Shown here: positions 38,177 to 47,679 of the stretch, one piece after another | How the letters are laid out: the number at the start of each line of letters is the position of its first letter | How positions within the stretch are numbered: the first letter of the stretch is position 1 | Origin: a virus | Virus record (IMG/VR): IMGVR_UViG_3300036859_000186 | Coordinates: 12,345-76,344 of that record | Reading direction: 5' to 3' (one strand) | DNA length: 64,000 nucleotides | Position numbers and translations under genes: made by a program | Notes under the pieces: generated by a model | What the model was told of the DNA's origin: nothing | What the model saw: the letters and a program-made list of their open reading frames with translations, nothing else | Database searches by the model: none

Positions 38177-40471
38177 ATGGCTGACACACTTCTAGGCTCG
38201 ACTAATCTGGCCCCCGCACCTCCCGCAGAGCAACAGCCTGCAGGTCCAGGACAGCCACCAGCACAGCAGCCCATCTACGACGACGCCCGCATCCTGGAGC
38301 TATTCGACACCCTCAAGCGTGAGTCAATGGACTACCGTTGGGTGTTCGAGAAGGAATGGCTTCGAGATCAGAACTACGTTGGCAACCGACAGTGGATCAC
38401 ATATCACCCATCACGGCGTGAGTGGATCGACAAGCGGCTCCACAAGTGGATTCCCCGCCCTGTCACCAACAAGATGGCCGAAATCGTGCAGTCCATCCGC
38501 ACGAACTTTGGAGCCATCAACCTAACTGTCAAGGTCCGTCCAGTCGGTAACACTCCCGTCTCGCAGGCAGCAGCTGAGATTGCGGACCAGATGTCTCCCA
38601 TGATCCATGAGGAGCACGACATGAACCAGGTTATGCGTGAGGCCGACTATTGGCTCATCACCGCCGGTTCAGTCGTCCTTCAAACGTCCTGGGACCGAGA
38701 CATCCGTTCTAACCGACTTTTCGTTGCATCCGAACAATGCTTGACCTGTGGGACCGTCAATACACCCAAGGTCATTCAACAATCTGGTAACATCTGCCCA
38801 ACCTGCGGCGGCCAGCAGTTTCAAGCTGCTACCGACCAAGCAACTGGGCAACCCGTAGGCGAGTGGCTCGCATTCGGTAAAGGCAAGACAACCGCCCTCT
38901 CTCCTTTCGAGTGGGCCGTTCCTGTCAACATTACTCGATTCGACGAACTCCCCTACCTAATCCGTATCCGCTGGCGTGACAAGCACTGGTTCGAGGCTAA
39001 TGCCCCCGACCTCGTCCCCAAGATCACTTGGGAGAAGTCGCCCTCGGATCGGTCGATGCAAATCTACAAGTCCCTAGCCACCTCCAACGATATTGGGGGC
39101 GTGCCAAACTTCATGGGCGTCGGCTCATCTGGTGGCCAGTCCGTCGATGGCATCACTGAATACGAACTGTGGCTCAAACCCACTCCAGAGTTCCCACAAG
39201 GACTCGTCTGCCGCATTATCGGTGACAATCAGCCCATTGTGCTCCACATGCCCGAGGAAGGGCTCCCTGGACCGTTCCCCTACAAGGACATCCAACAGAA
39301 GCCAATCTTCCCCTTCACCTTCGCTCAATACGAGCACGTTGGAGGCCGTCTCTACGGTCGGTCCGCCATCAGTCCCCTCATTCAGAAGCAAGACCAGCTG
39401 AACCAGCTCGATTCTCTCATCCAGCTGATCGTTCAGCGTATGGCCAACCCCATCTGGGTCGTTCCAGAGGGGGCAGGCATCGACACCTTCTCAGGTGAGC
39501 CTGGCTTCGTCATGAAGTGGAACCCGCTAGCCGCTGGAGGAACCGCCAAGCCAGAACGTATCGCAGGCTCAGAAGTCCCAACCTCCCTCCAACTCCTCCG
39601 TGCCCAAATTCTCAAGGACATCGAGGAACTTTCGGGAGCATTCGACATCATCAAGGGTCAAAAGCCCAGCGGTGTCGAAGCCTTCTCAGCTCTTCAGCTC
39701 CTTGTCGAGCGTTCCCAATCTCGTTTCACTTCGGTCTTCCAATCCCGTGGTGAGATGTATCGGAAGTGGTTCGCAATCGCTATCGAGCTAGAGCGTCAGT
39801 TTGGTCCAGAACAGCGTGTCATGACCGTCGTGGGTCCCAACCGGGGCTTCACGTTCCAACAATTCCAGAACGCCCAACTACAGGGCGATATCACGATTGC
39901 GCTGGAAGACGGCTCAAACATGCCCAAAACCGCTCTGGGCAAGCGAGCTGCCATCGAACAAGCTAATCAACTTCGTCTCCTAGACCCCTCAGATCCCGAC
40001 CAGCGTTACGCCCTTCTCAACACGTTCGGCCTCTCGGACCTCGTGCCAACCCTTGATTATCATGTCCAGGCCGCACTCAAGGTCCAGGACGACTTCGAAC
40101 GTTGGGCCGTCAATCCAATGGGACCACCTCCCCTGGTGTTCAAGCCTTGGTTTGATCCGATGGTTCACTGGGTCGAGCACATTAAATGGCTCAACACAGA
40201 CCGTATGCGTGACATGCTAGCACAGAATCCGATGCTAGAGCCTATCGTCATTCAGCATCTGCAACAGCTACAGTTCATTATGAACCCACCAGTCCAGGTA
40301 GGACCCGACGGGCAGCCCATTCAACAGGGTCCCGGCGGCCAACCTGGAGGCCCTCCTCAACCAGGAGGCGGTGGGCGAGCAATGGCAAATTCGAACCAGA
40401 ACGCAGGAGCCCCTAACAGCTCCCAGCCTTCTGGGAACAAGCAGTTTGGTCCTAACGTTGGACCTGCGTAA
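38177..40471 (+). CDS. Portal protein (podovirus/P22-like) with Zn-ribbon insertion
   Basis: 764 aa between terL and scaffold/capsid; YGRS....LI..Q..LN pattern; Q/P/G-rich tail. Confidence 0.85.
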   Translation: MADTLLGSTNLAPAPPAEQQPAGPGQPPAQQPIYDDARILELFDTLKRESMDYRWVFEKEWLRDQNYVGNRQWITYHPSRREWIDKRLHKWIPRPVTNKMAEIVQSIRTNFGAINLTVKVRPVGNTPVSQAAAEIADQMSPMIHEEHDMNQVMREADYWLITAGSVVLQTSWDRDIRSNRLFVASEQCLTCGTVNTPKVIQQSGNICPTCGGQQFQAATDQATGQPVGEWLAFGKGKTTALSPFEWAVPVNITRFDELPYLIRIRWRDKHWFEANAPDLVPKITWEKSPSDRSMQIYKSLATSNDIGGVPNFMGVGSSGGQSVDGITEYELWLKPTPEFPQGLVCRIIGDNQPIVLHMPEEGLPGPFPYKDIQQKPIFPFTFAQYEHVGGRLYGRSAISPLIQKQDQLNQLDSLIQLIVQRMANPIWVVPEGAGIDTFSGEPGFVMKWNPLAAGGTAKPERIAGSEVPTSLQLLRAQILKDIEELSGAFDIIKGQKPSGVEAFSALQLLVERSQSRFTSVFQSRGEMYRKWFAIAIELERQFGPEQRVMTVVGPNRGFTFQQFQNAQLQGDITIALEDGSNMPKTALGKRAAIEQANQLRLLDPSDPDQRYALLNTFGLSDLVPTLDYHVQAALKVQDDFERWAVNPMGPPPLVFKPWFDPMVHWVEHIKWLNTDRMRDMLAQNPMLEPIVIQHLQQLQFIMNPPVQVGPDGQPIQQGPGGQPGGPPQPGGGGRAMANSNQNAGAPNSSQPSGNKQFGPNVGPA

Positions 40472-40562
40472 GGGGCAGCGCTAATTGCCCCATACTGCTC
40501 CCCTCCGTTCTGGGGAGCCTTCCAAACGCGGACCTCACCCGCGACACCAAAGGTAAGGAAGC

Positions 40563-41426
40563 ATGTCTGACGTAAACGTGACCGATAACAACCCGCAGGG
40601 TGGAGCACCTGCGACACCAACTCCCGCTCCATCAACACCAGCGTTCGTTCCCACTCATCTTGAGATGGGGACGGCGGTGGCACCCGCTGTTCCAGCCGCC
40701 CCAGCGATACCACAGGTAGCCACGCCCGCACCCGCGACAGATGGTGATAGAAGCAACTGGGTTCCGCCACACCGAATCCGAGAGACCCGAGAAGCTGCAA
40801 TCAGGGAGGCTACCACGCAGTTCCAACAGCGTGAGGCCGCTCTTCAAGCGCAGGTTCAAGCGGTTCAGCAACAGCTTCAGGCACTAGTAGGTGTGCGACA
40901 GCCAAGCCAGCAAGTCGCTGAGCAGGAAGCCATCAAACAGCAGTTCGCCTCTCTATATCCAGGACTAGCTACCCTGGAGCAGAAGCACAAAGAACTACTG
41001 GGCATCCTGGAGCGAGCTGGAGACTTCGAGCAGAGCACGAGCCATTATTGGCAGAACTACGGTCGCCAGTCAATGGACAAGCTCTTTTCACTAGCTTCAA
41101 CAGCTAATGGGGGAAGCCCTGTTACGCCCGAGGCTAAGGAACAGCTCCATGCCGCTTTCAGTGGTTGGGTTCAAGCGAGCCCAGAACGCGTTGAGCGTTA
41201 TACCAATGACCCCACAATCGTGGATGACTTCTGGAAGGCTTTCACTGCCTCCTTTATCGACCCCGCACGTCGGGCCGCAGTCACAGCACCAGCCGCACGG
41301 CTAGGCGCTCCAGTCCCACAGGACACACCAGGAGTAGCCCCAGCCCAGCGACCAGCGCCAAAGGCTGGCGACCTCGATGAGATGGTTGCTAGAGCGTGGA
41401 TTAACTACCAACAGGGGGTAAAGTAG
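40563..41426 (+). CDS. Scaffolding protein
   Basis: P/A-rich N-terminus, VP..R..E motif, coiled coil; lies between portal and capsid. Confidence 0.75.
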   Translation: MSDVNVTDNNPQGGAPATPTPAPSTPAFVPTHLEMGTAVAPAVPAAPAIPQVATPAPATDGDRSNWVPPHRIRETREAAIREATTQFQQREAALQAQVQAVQQQLQALVGVRQPSQQVAEQEAIKQQFASLYPGLATLEQKHKELLGILERAGDFEQSTSHYWQNYGRQSMDKLFSLASTANGGSPVTPEAKEQLHAAFSGWVQASPERVERYTNDPTIVDDFWKAFTASFIDPARRAAVTAPAARLGAPVPQDTPGVAPAQRPAPKAGDLDEMVARAWINYQQGVK

Positions 41427-41477
41427 GCGCATAAACCGCGCCGTAAAGACCCCTTTCTATCTCATAGGTAAATACCA

Positions 41478-42779
41478 ATGGGTCTAGATCGTCAGGCACT
41501 CGATGCTGCGCTAAAAGATGTCCTAGAGGACGGCGTTGCAGAGGGTGTCAATAACAAAAACCCACTACGGGACCTAATCAAGACTGAGAAGGTTCCGTTC
41601 CGTGGTCGTGAGATTGTGCGTGTCACGCACACCACGCGTAACGTCTCGCCAATGTTCGTTGGTGAAGACTCAGCATTCGCGGATGCTGGACAGCAGGGCT
41701 ACTCACGGATGAGCGTTGATCAGCGTAAGCTGATGGCGCGTATTCGTATGACCTGGGAAGTCATGGTGGACTCGACCTCTTCAGAGGGCGCGTTCGTCTC
41801 CGCACGTAAGTCAGAGATGCAATACCTCATCGACGACCTGGCTCGTCGAGACGAGTTTGCTCTAAACTCTGACGGTCGTGGTGTGCTCGCCCTTGTGGAC
41901 GAGGCACCTTCAGGAACCACACTAGATGTGGACGCCCCTGCAGGAATCACCAACGACAACTTTGGTAACCGCTTCATCTCGGCCGGGATGTTCATCGGCG
42001 CAGTCGATCCTACCTCAGGAACACTACGCACGACCATCCACAAGGTGTCAAGCGTTACCAATGCCGGTAACCAGATCGAAGTCGATTCATCCACTCACAC
42101 TGGCTGGGCTGATAACGATTTCATCGTGCAGGTTGCGAACTCAGCAGTCACTGATGTTCTCGACAGCTCATATGAGCACGCATGGTGGGGCCTGATGGCC
42201 CTGGTTGACGATGGCACGTATCGTGCATCCTACTTCGGTCTCGACCGAACACAAGTGCCCGCCTACTCGGCCTACGTTACGGCATCAACCGGCGCAATCT
42301 CGACCGACCTCATTCAGCGAGTGTCGGACGTGGTTGACCAGAAGCTCGGCGGAAAGATTGGCATTATCCTGTGCCATCACTCAACACGCCGACTAGTCAT
42401 CCAGCTAACGGATGGCGACCGTCGATACACTCAGGGAAACCTGATGCGTCCCGACCCAGCCACGGTGGCATTCAAGCAGGGCGACATCCCCTTCGGTGAT
42501 GTTCCTGTGCGAGCCCTCCGTGACTTCCCTCTCGACGTGATGATGTTCCTCGACCTGCAGAACGCAGGATTCAAGGAATACGTCTCAGAGAGCGGCAAGT
42601 GGGCTGACGAAGACGGTTCAGTCCTAGCACGTATTGGCACGGGCACATCAGCTCGTGACAGCTACGAGGCATGGTATCGTATGCGTAAGCAGTATTTCCT
42701 GGAGTATCCTGCATACTGTGCCAGACTTGATGGAATTACGGGACAAAGTCTCGTGGTCCAAAGAGCAGCAGGTAGCTAA
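41478..42779 (+). CDS. Major capsid protein
   Basis: 433 aa following the scaffold; strongly biased codons; composition consistent with an HK97-fold capsid. Confidence 0.85.
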   Translation: MGLDRQALDAALKDVLEDGVAEGVNNKNPLRDLIKTEKVPFRGREIVRVTHTTRNVSPMFVGEDSAFADAGQQGYSRMSVDQRKLMARIRMTWEVMVDSTSSEGAFVSARKSEMQYLIDDLARRDEFALNSDGRGVLALVDEAPSGTTLDVDAPAGITNDNFGNRFISAGMFIGAVDPTSGTLRTTIHKVSSVTNAGNQIEVDSSTHTGWADNDFIVQVANSAVTDVLDSSYEHAWWGLMALVDDGTYRASYFGLDRTQVPAYSAYVTASTGAISTDLIQRVSDVVDQKLGGKIGIILCHHSTRRLVIQLTDGDRRYTQGNLMRPDPATVAFKQGDIPFGDVPVRALRDFPLDVMMFLDLQNAGFKEYVSESGKWADEDGSVLARIGTGTSARDSYEAWYRMRKQYFLEYPAYCARLDGITGQSLVVQRAAGS

Positions 42780-42785
42780 AGCTAA

Positions 42786-43238
42786 ATGGCTACTCCTACT
42801 CATTGTCCTCGTGGCCATGAGTATGATGAAAAGAACACGTATTGGCAGGGAAGAGCAAACGGCCATAAAACAGCCTGTTGCCGAACCTGCCAGCGTGCTC
42901 GCCTAAAAGCTAAAAAGGGTTACCACACAGCCTATATGAGAGAGTGGCGTGCATCGAATGGTGGACGCCACCGACTCACTTGGACAGAGCTACGAAAACG
43001 AAAGAAGGCGTGGCTTGAAGAATACAAGTCCCTCAACGGATGTAATAGGTGTGATGAGAACCATCCAGCTTGTCTAGACTTTCATCATAGGAATCCAGAG
43101 GATAAAACGTTCAATCTTTCGGAAGCAATTGCTCGTGCATCATTGGCACGAATTCAGGTGGAAGTCGCCAAATGCGACATCCTCTGCTCAAACTGTCATA
43201 GAAAGCTCCACTATGAGGAGCGAAAGGAAACTCACTAA
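42786..43238 (+). CDS. HNH endonuclease
   Basis: THCPRGHEY N-terminal domain; CNRC...LDFHH...KCDILCSNCHRKLH. Confidence 0.88.
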   Translation: MATPTHCPRGHEYDEKNTYWQGRANGHKTACCRTCQRARLKAKKGYHTAYMREWRASNGGRHRLTWTELRKRKKAWLEEYKSLNGCNRCDENHPACLDFHHRNPEDKTFNLSEAIARASLARIQVEVAKCDILCSNCHRKLHYEERKETH

Positions 43239-43269
43239 TGCGTCTATCGGTAACAGATCGCTTGATAGT

Positions 43270-43374
43270 ATGAAAGAAGAGATCGCTAAATGCGATATTC
43301 TTTGTTCTAATTGTCATCGTAAACTACATTACGAAGAAAGACAACGGGTAGCTATATCAGATACGTTAAGTTAG
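43270..43374 (+). pseudogene. Remnant C-terminus of a second HNH gene
   Basis: Encodes EIAKCDILCSNCHRKLHYEER, matching the upstream gene but with different synonymous codons. Confidence 0.7.
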
Positions 43375-43745
43375 TCAATAGGTCGTCCCGTGTTCTCAAG
43401 GGCGTATGGGACGGTCGTCACTACGACCTCCTACCAGGAGAGACATACTCCTTCCCGCAACAAATTGCGGAGAAGTTCAAGGAGCAGAACCCAGTGATGG
43501 GCTCTGAAGATCCTTACACATTACAAAAGCAATATCTAATCGGCATTGTGGAACTCGGCGATGACATAACGCCCATCGAGCAATCCAATGCTATTGAGCT
43601 TCAGGATCGCTCCAAGCTCAACGACGGCCGAACCTACGAAGTGGTCAAGGGCACCGGCCTTTACCGCCCAGCAACTGACAGAGCCGAACCTCTCCCATCG
43701 GGAGCAGGCGGACCAGTGTCTAGCGCCTTCGTAAACCCCAAGTAA
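43371..43745 (+). CDS. Hypothetical protein (5' end lacks an ATG)
   Basis: Open frame extends upstream of GTG 43494 as LVNRSSRVLKGVWDGRHYDLLPGETYSFP. Confidence 0.55.
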   Translation, partial: LVNRSSRVLKGVWDGRHYDLLPGETYSFPQQIAEKFKEQNPVMGSEDPYTLQKQYLIGIVELGDDITPIEQSNAIELQDRSKLNDGRTYEVVKGTGLYRPATDRAEPLPSGAGGPVSSAFVNPK

Positions 43746-43750
43746 CGTCG

Positions 43751-44287
43751 ATGAACAACTACATCCCAGATCAGAATCGCTTCAAGCTGACGGGACCACC
43801 TTCCTGGTGGCTCCGGCATCTCTGGGAGTTCGATAGCAGCCTGGTGGTTATTCCTAGCCGCCAGGACTGCGTTTACCGTCTGGCTCAGCGACGCCAGCCC
43901 GACCTTCGTGCCAACATCACCAACGATGCGCTCTGGAACATGAGCGACACGCAGATGCTGGCTTCCTACAGCCTCATCCCCGTTACTACCATCATCGCCA
44001 CTGCTAACTGGTCCAACCCACTCATGTGGGAAGACCTTCGTCAGCGTGCCCCATGGCGTAACGGCGGAGCTGATGCAGTCATCAAGCACATCGAAGGTAA
44101 CGAACGTAAGAAAGAACTTGACATCGCTGCCAAGAACGACGCTTACAACGACTACCTTGCAAAGGATGCTTGGCGTTATTACGAAATGAAACAGGGCCTT
44201 CGTTCAAACGTCTACTCACCAAAGACACCTGACCGACGCCCCAAGATAGCTAGTAAGGCTCCCCTTATCCAGGTTGCTACAAGATAG
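43751..44287 (+). CDS. Hypothetical late protein
   Basis: ORF track; phage-like codon usage. Confidence 0.7.
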   Translation: MNNYIPDQNRFKLTGPPSWWLRHLWEFDSSLVVIPSRQDCVYRLAQRRQPDLRANITNDALWNMSDTQMLASYSLIPVTTIIATANWSNPLMWEDLRQRAPWRNGGADAVIKHIEGNERKKELDIAAKNDAYNDYLAKDAWRYYEMKQGLRSNVYSPKTPDRRPKIASKAPLIQVATR

Positions 44288-44376
44288 GCGCACCCCGTGC
44301 CTAGGCGATCCGATACCCGCCTTTAGAGTATCGGCCGTTGCTCATCCGAGAAGAATGAGCGTGCTAAGGAAACAAC

Positions 44377-44847
44377 ATGGCAGTATCACTAGAGTCCGCA
44401 GGACGAGTGCGGCAGAAGGCCCGAGAAATCACCCTGGCCCCAGGCGTGTTCTATGCTCTCAAGGCTTTCTTCCTCAATCATGCGGCAAACAAGGGAAACC
44501 TGGACCTCCAGTTTATCCCCTACACGGAAGTGCAGGCGGACGTAGCCGGTGGAACGGTTCTCCTAACAGGCGCGGCACGTCTCTATTTCGCTTATGCGAA
44601 AAAGGAGAACTCAGCAACCGATAATATCACGTTCTTCTACGATGATGCTACGGACGACACGACAGACGCCAATGCACGTATTGGTCTCTCAGTGCTCGAA
44701 GCTAACGAGTCGTGCTGGGTCTCGTATCCAAACGGTATGCCTCTTGCAACCGGAATCGTTGTCACGCAGTATACTAGCGCCTCTGGCCTAGGTAAGGCTG
44801 ACGGTTCAAACGGTGCAAACGGCTTCGTCATTGTAGGCGCAGCATAA
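44377..44847 (+). CDS. Probable virion protein
   Basis: TAAGGA RBS; capsid-gene-like codon bias. Confidence 0.7.
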   Translation: MAVSLESAGRVRQKAREITLAPGVFYALKAFFLNHAANKGNLDLQFIPYTEVQADVAGGTVLLTGAARLYFAYAKKENSATDNITFFYDDATDDTTDANARIGLSVLEANESCWVSYPNGMPLATGIVVTQYTSASGLGKADGSNGANGFVIVGAA

Positions 44848-44961
44848 GCAGCATAAGACGCTGCTTAAGAAGACCTAGCTCAGTAGGTGCTCTATACCTC
44901 TAGCCGAGGTGGTGTGTGTAGCTGAGCCTACGCACATCGACTAAGGCAAGGAACCCACAAC

Positions 44962-45510
44962 ATGCCTTCACGTAATATTCGGCGTAACGCCACGGTCCAA
45001 GGACCAGTTACGCCACAGGTCGCCCCAATCTACGTCGATTCGGACGACAACAAGCTCAAGATCATCCCAGCAGGCTCCGGCACCACCGAGGAAGTCATTC
45101 CTTACGCGTCGAGCCCAGCCCTAACTGAGGCTGTAACCGCAACCAACGTCATCACAGCTGCAGAGTCGGGCAGCACCTTCTTTCTGGCAGCTGCAGGGGG
45201 TTTTGTCTCCACTTTGCCAGCTCCAGCTAATGGTCTACAGTTTAGCTTCATTGTGTCTACAGCCCCATCAGGAGGTTCTTACACAATTGTCACTGCGGGT
45301 GGAACTGATCTTATCCACGGTGCTGTAGCTTCAGCGGCTGATGCAGGTGGCTCTGTGGACTCTACTGCAGGGACAGCAGCAGACACGATTACTTTTGTGG
45401 ATGGTCAGGCCCTTAAGGGTGATCGTGTAGATGTCGTTTCTGATGGCACGTCATGGTATGCAACCGGAACGTGCTCAGACGAAGATGCAGTCACATTCAC
45501 ACAGACGTAA
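44962..45510 (+). CDS. Probable head decoration/fibre protein
   Basis: Ala/Thr/Gly-rich; GDRV.VVSDGTSWY beta-rich motif. Confidence 0.65.
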   Translation: MPSRNIRRNATVQGPVTPQVAPIYVDSDDNKLKIIPAGSGTTEEVIPYASSPALTEAVTATNVITAAESGSTFFLAAAGGFVSTLPAPANGLQFSFIVSTAPSGGSYTIVTAGGTDLIHGAVASAADAGGSVDSTAGTAADTITFVDGQALKGDRVDVVSDGTSWYATGTCSDEDAVTFTQT

Positions 45511-45526
45511 ACCTAAAGGAGAATGA

Positions 45527-45799
45527 ATGGCATATAACAGCGCTAATATGATTCCGCAGATCCACGCAGGAGGAGACGACTCTCCGTTTATTTGGGATTA
45601 CTCTACTTCCGACCCCATAGCCACAGTAGAAGGTTCTACGTATTTTGATTCTGCGTTTAACTTTCTGCGTAGAGGAGATTTGGTTAGAGTGACTGCGGAC
45701 GACGGTAAAGGCATGTATTTTGTCTCTAGTGCCAGTCCTGTTTTTGAGGATACCGCCTTAATCAAGATTGCTGTTGTTACTAGCTTTCCTTCCCTGTAG
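45527..45799 (+). CDS. Small structural protein (AT-rich)
   Basis: AAGGAG RBS; W.Y.T.D....V....YF......L..GD pattern. Confidence 0.6.
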   Translation: MAYNSANMIPQIHAGGDDSPFIWDYSTSDPIATVEGSTYFDSAFNFLRRGDLVRVTADDGKGMYFVSSASPVFEDTALIKIAVVTSFPSL

Positions 45800-45840
45800 T
45801 TTGAGTGGGGGCTTCGGCCCCCTCTCTCCAGAACCCAAAC

Positions 45841-46275
45841 ATGGCAAATCACATTAATCAGCCCGTTCCATCTCCACTTCCGGCGAGCTTCACAGCGGCA
45901 GGTAACACCAATATTAACGGTGTTATCTTCCCGTCAGCTTCAAGAGCGGCTGCCACTTACGACTCGGATGTCATGTATAATCCGGGAGCAAAGGGCGTCC
46001 GCCTCTTCATCGCCATCTCAGACCCAGGTGCTGCAGGAACCGTTACCGTATCCATACAGGTAAAAGACCCGGTCACGGACGCCTTCGTCACTATCACCGG
46101 AGCAACCAGCACCGCACTCGCGGCAGCTGCTACCACAACGCTCACGGTCTTTCCTGGCATCACCGTCTCAGCCAACGTCGACCTCTCCAATCATGTAGGA
46201 CCAGAATGGCGAGTTCGTGCAGTCGTCGCAGCCAACGCCGTTGTATTCTCAATTGGCGCTGACTACCTGCTCTAA
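45841..46275 (+). CDS. Probable virion protein
   Basis: Ala/Thr/Val-rich beta-type sequence. Confidence 0.65.
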   Translation: MANHINQPVPSPLPASFTAAGNTNINGVIFPSASRAAATYDSDVMYNPGAKGVRLFIAISDPGAAGTVTVSIQVKDPVTDAFVTITGATSTALAAAATTTLTVFPGITVSANVDLSNHVGPEWRVRAVVAANAVVFSIGADYLL

Positions 46276-46376
46276 AGTTCCCTACGTGAACTCATGCGCA
46301 TCATCGACAAGGGGGCTCCTCTCCTCTTCGACGGAGAGGAACTTACCATCGTAGCTCCATTTCCAATTAGGCGATC

Positions 46377-46649
46377 ATGGCTTACACGAGTGGCCGCATC
46401 TTTGCGGGCCAGAAAACGGGCATCACGGGAACGGCTGGCCAGCTGGATACAGCGACTACGAACATTCGTGAAGTCATTGTTCAGTCAGACGTAGCCAACA
46501 CCACAAACCTTCTAATCGGTGACGTGACTGGCCAGTTCATTGCCCTAACGCCCGGCCAAGCTATCACGATTCCCATCATTTCGATGCGCCTAATCTATGT
46601 CAAGATGGCCTCCTTAACGGGAACCGCCAACTGGATTGCCAGGGATTAA
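46377..46649 (+). CDS. Small structural protein
   Basis: V.VQSD..NT....IG......L.PG motif. Confidence 0.6.
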   Translation: MAYTSGRIFAGQKTGITGTAGQLDTATTNIREVIVQSDVANTTNLLIGDVTGQFIALTPGQAITIPIISMRLIYVKMASLTGTANWIARD

Positions 46650-46651
46650 AG

Positions 46652-47677
46652 ATGCCTGATCTTTTTCTCTCACTTGGAAGTGATAATGATTCAGCTGCGG
46701 TATGGGGAAACATTACTGGGACCCTAACGAACCAGACTGATCTACAAGCATCACTCACGGCTGCCGCAACCACTGCGGTTTGGGGCAGCATTTCTGGGAC
46801 GCTCTCTGCTCAAACGGATCTCCAAACTGCCCTCAACGCCAAGATTACAGCCTTTGCTGATCCGAACGCTGACCGAATCGTATTCTGGGACGACTCAGCT
46901 GGAGCCTTTGCAGCCTTAGCTCCCGACTCTACTCTCACGGTCTCAGGAACCACTCTCTCAGTAACTGGCCCAACCGAAGCCACCACTACCTCAACTGGCA
47001 CCCAGGACAATTTCTCCTTTTCGAACGCTTCCGTCCTCCGCTGCAACAACGCCTCCCTCCTCACGATTCGTGGGCTGGTCGCAGGCGTGACCGGACAAAT
47101 CCTGCATATCGTTTCTGTGGGGGCTGGTAACGTCGAACTCGCTCATCAGAATAGCAACTCAACTGATGTCAATCGCCTAGTTAACCAGGCAACCTCAGCC
47201 AACACTCCACTGTTTGCGGGTAATGGCACAGCAACCTATGTCTACGATGGCACCACCCAACGGTGGCGACTCATAGCTCACGATCAAGGTGGGTGGATCA
47301 CTCCTACCTTCTCAGCCGGCGACTACACAGCCAATGGCTCTATGACCTGGACAGTAGAGTCGGGTGATGTCACAACTATGGCATACTGGTTAAAGCATAA
47401 GACCCTTTTCCTTAACTTCCGTGTTCTGACTACCTCCATCGGTGGCACACTCAACACACAGCTTCTCCGTGTCATCCCAGGTGGCTTCACGAATGTTAAC
47501 TCCATCTTGACACCTATCTCCATTCAGAGCAATGGAGTTGCTGCAGTTGGACTAGTTGTTATTGCAGCTGCAGCCACGAACCTAAGCTTCCGAACTACTC
47601 AGGATGGTGCGACTAACTGGACTGCATCGACTAACAACGCCTCAGTGAATGGCTGCATCACACTAGAAGTTTCCTAA
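46652..47677 (+). CDS. Tail fibre/spike protein
   Basis: Two WG.I.GTL..QTDLQ..L repeats; DPNADRIVFWDDSAG; beta-rich C-terminus. Confidence 0.8.
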   Translation: MPDLFLSLGSDNDSAAVWGNITGTLTNQTDLQASLTAAATTAVWGSISGTLSAQTDLQTALNAKITAFADPNADRIVFWDDSAGAFAALAPDSTLTVSGTTLSVTGPTEATTTSTGTQDNFSFSNASVLRCNNASLLTIRGLVAGVTGQILHIVSVGAGNVELAHQNSNSTDVNRLVNQATSANTPLFAGNGTATYVYDGTTQRWRLIAHDQGGWITPTFSAGDYTANGSMTWTVESGDVTTMAYWLKHKTLFLNFRVLTTSIGGTLNTQLLRVIPGGFTNVNSILTPISIQSNGVAAVGLVVIAAAATNLSFRTTQDGATNWTASTNNASVNGCITLEVS

Positions 47678-47679
47678 AC

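Noticed and set aside
44285-44334. Stop-codon readthrough stimulated by the pseudoknot
   Set aside because: A second in-frame TAG follows 13 codons later, so no fusion is produced.
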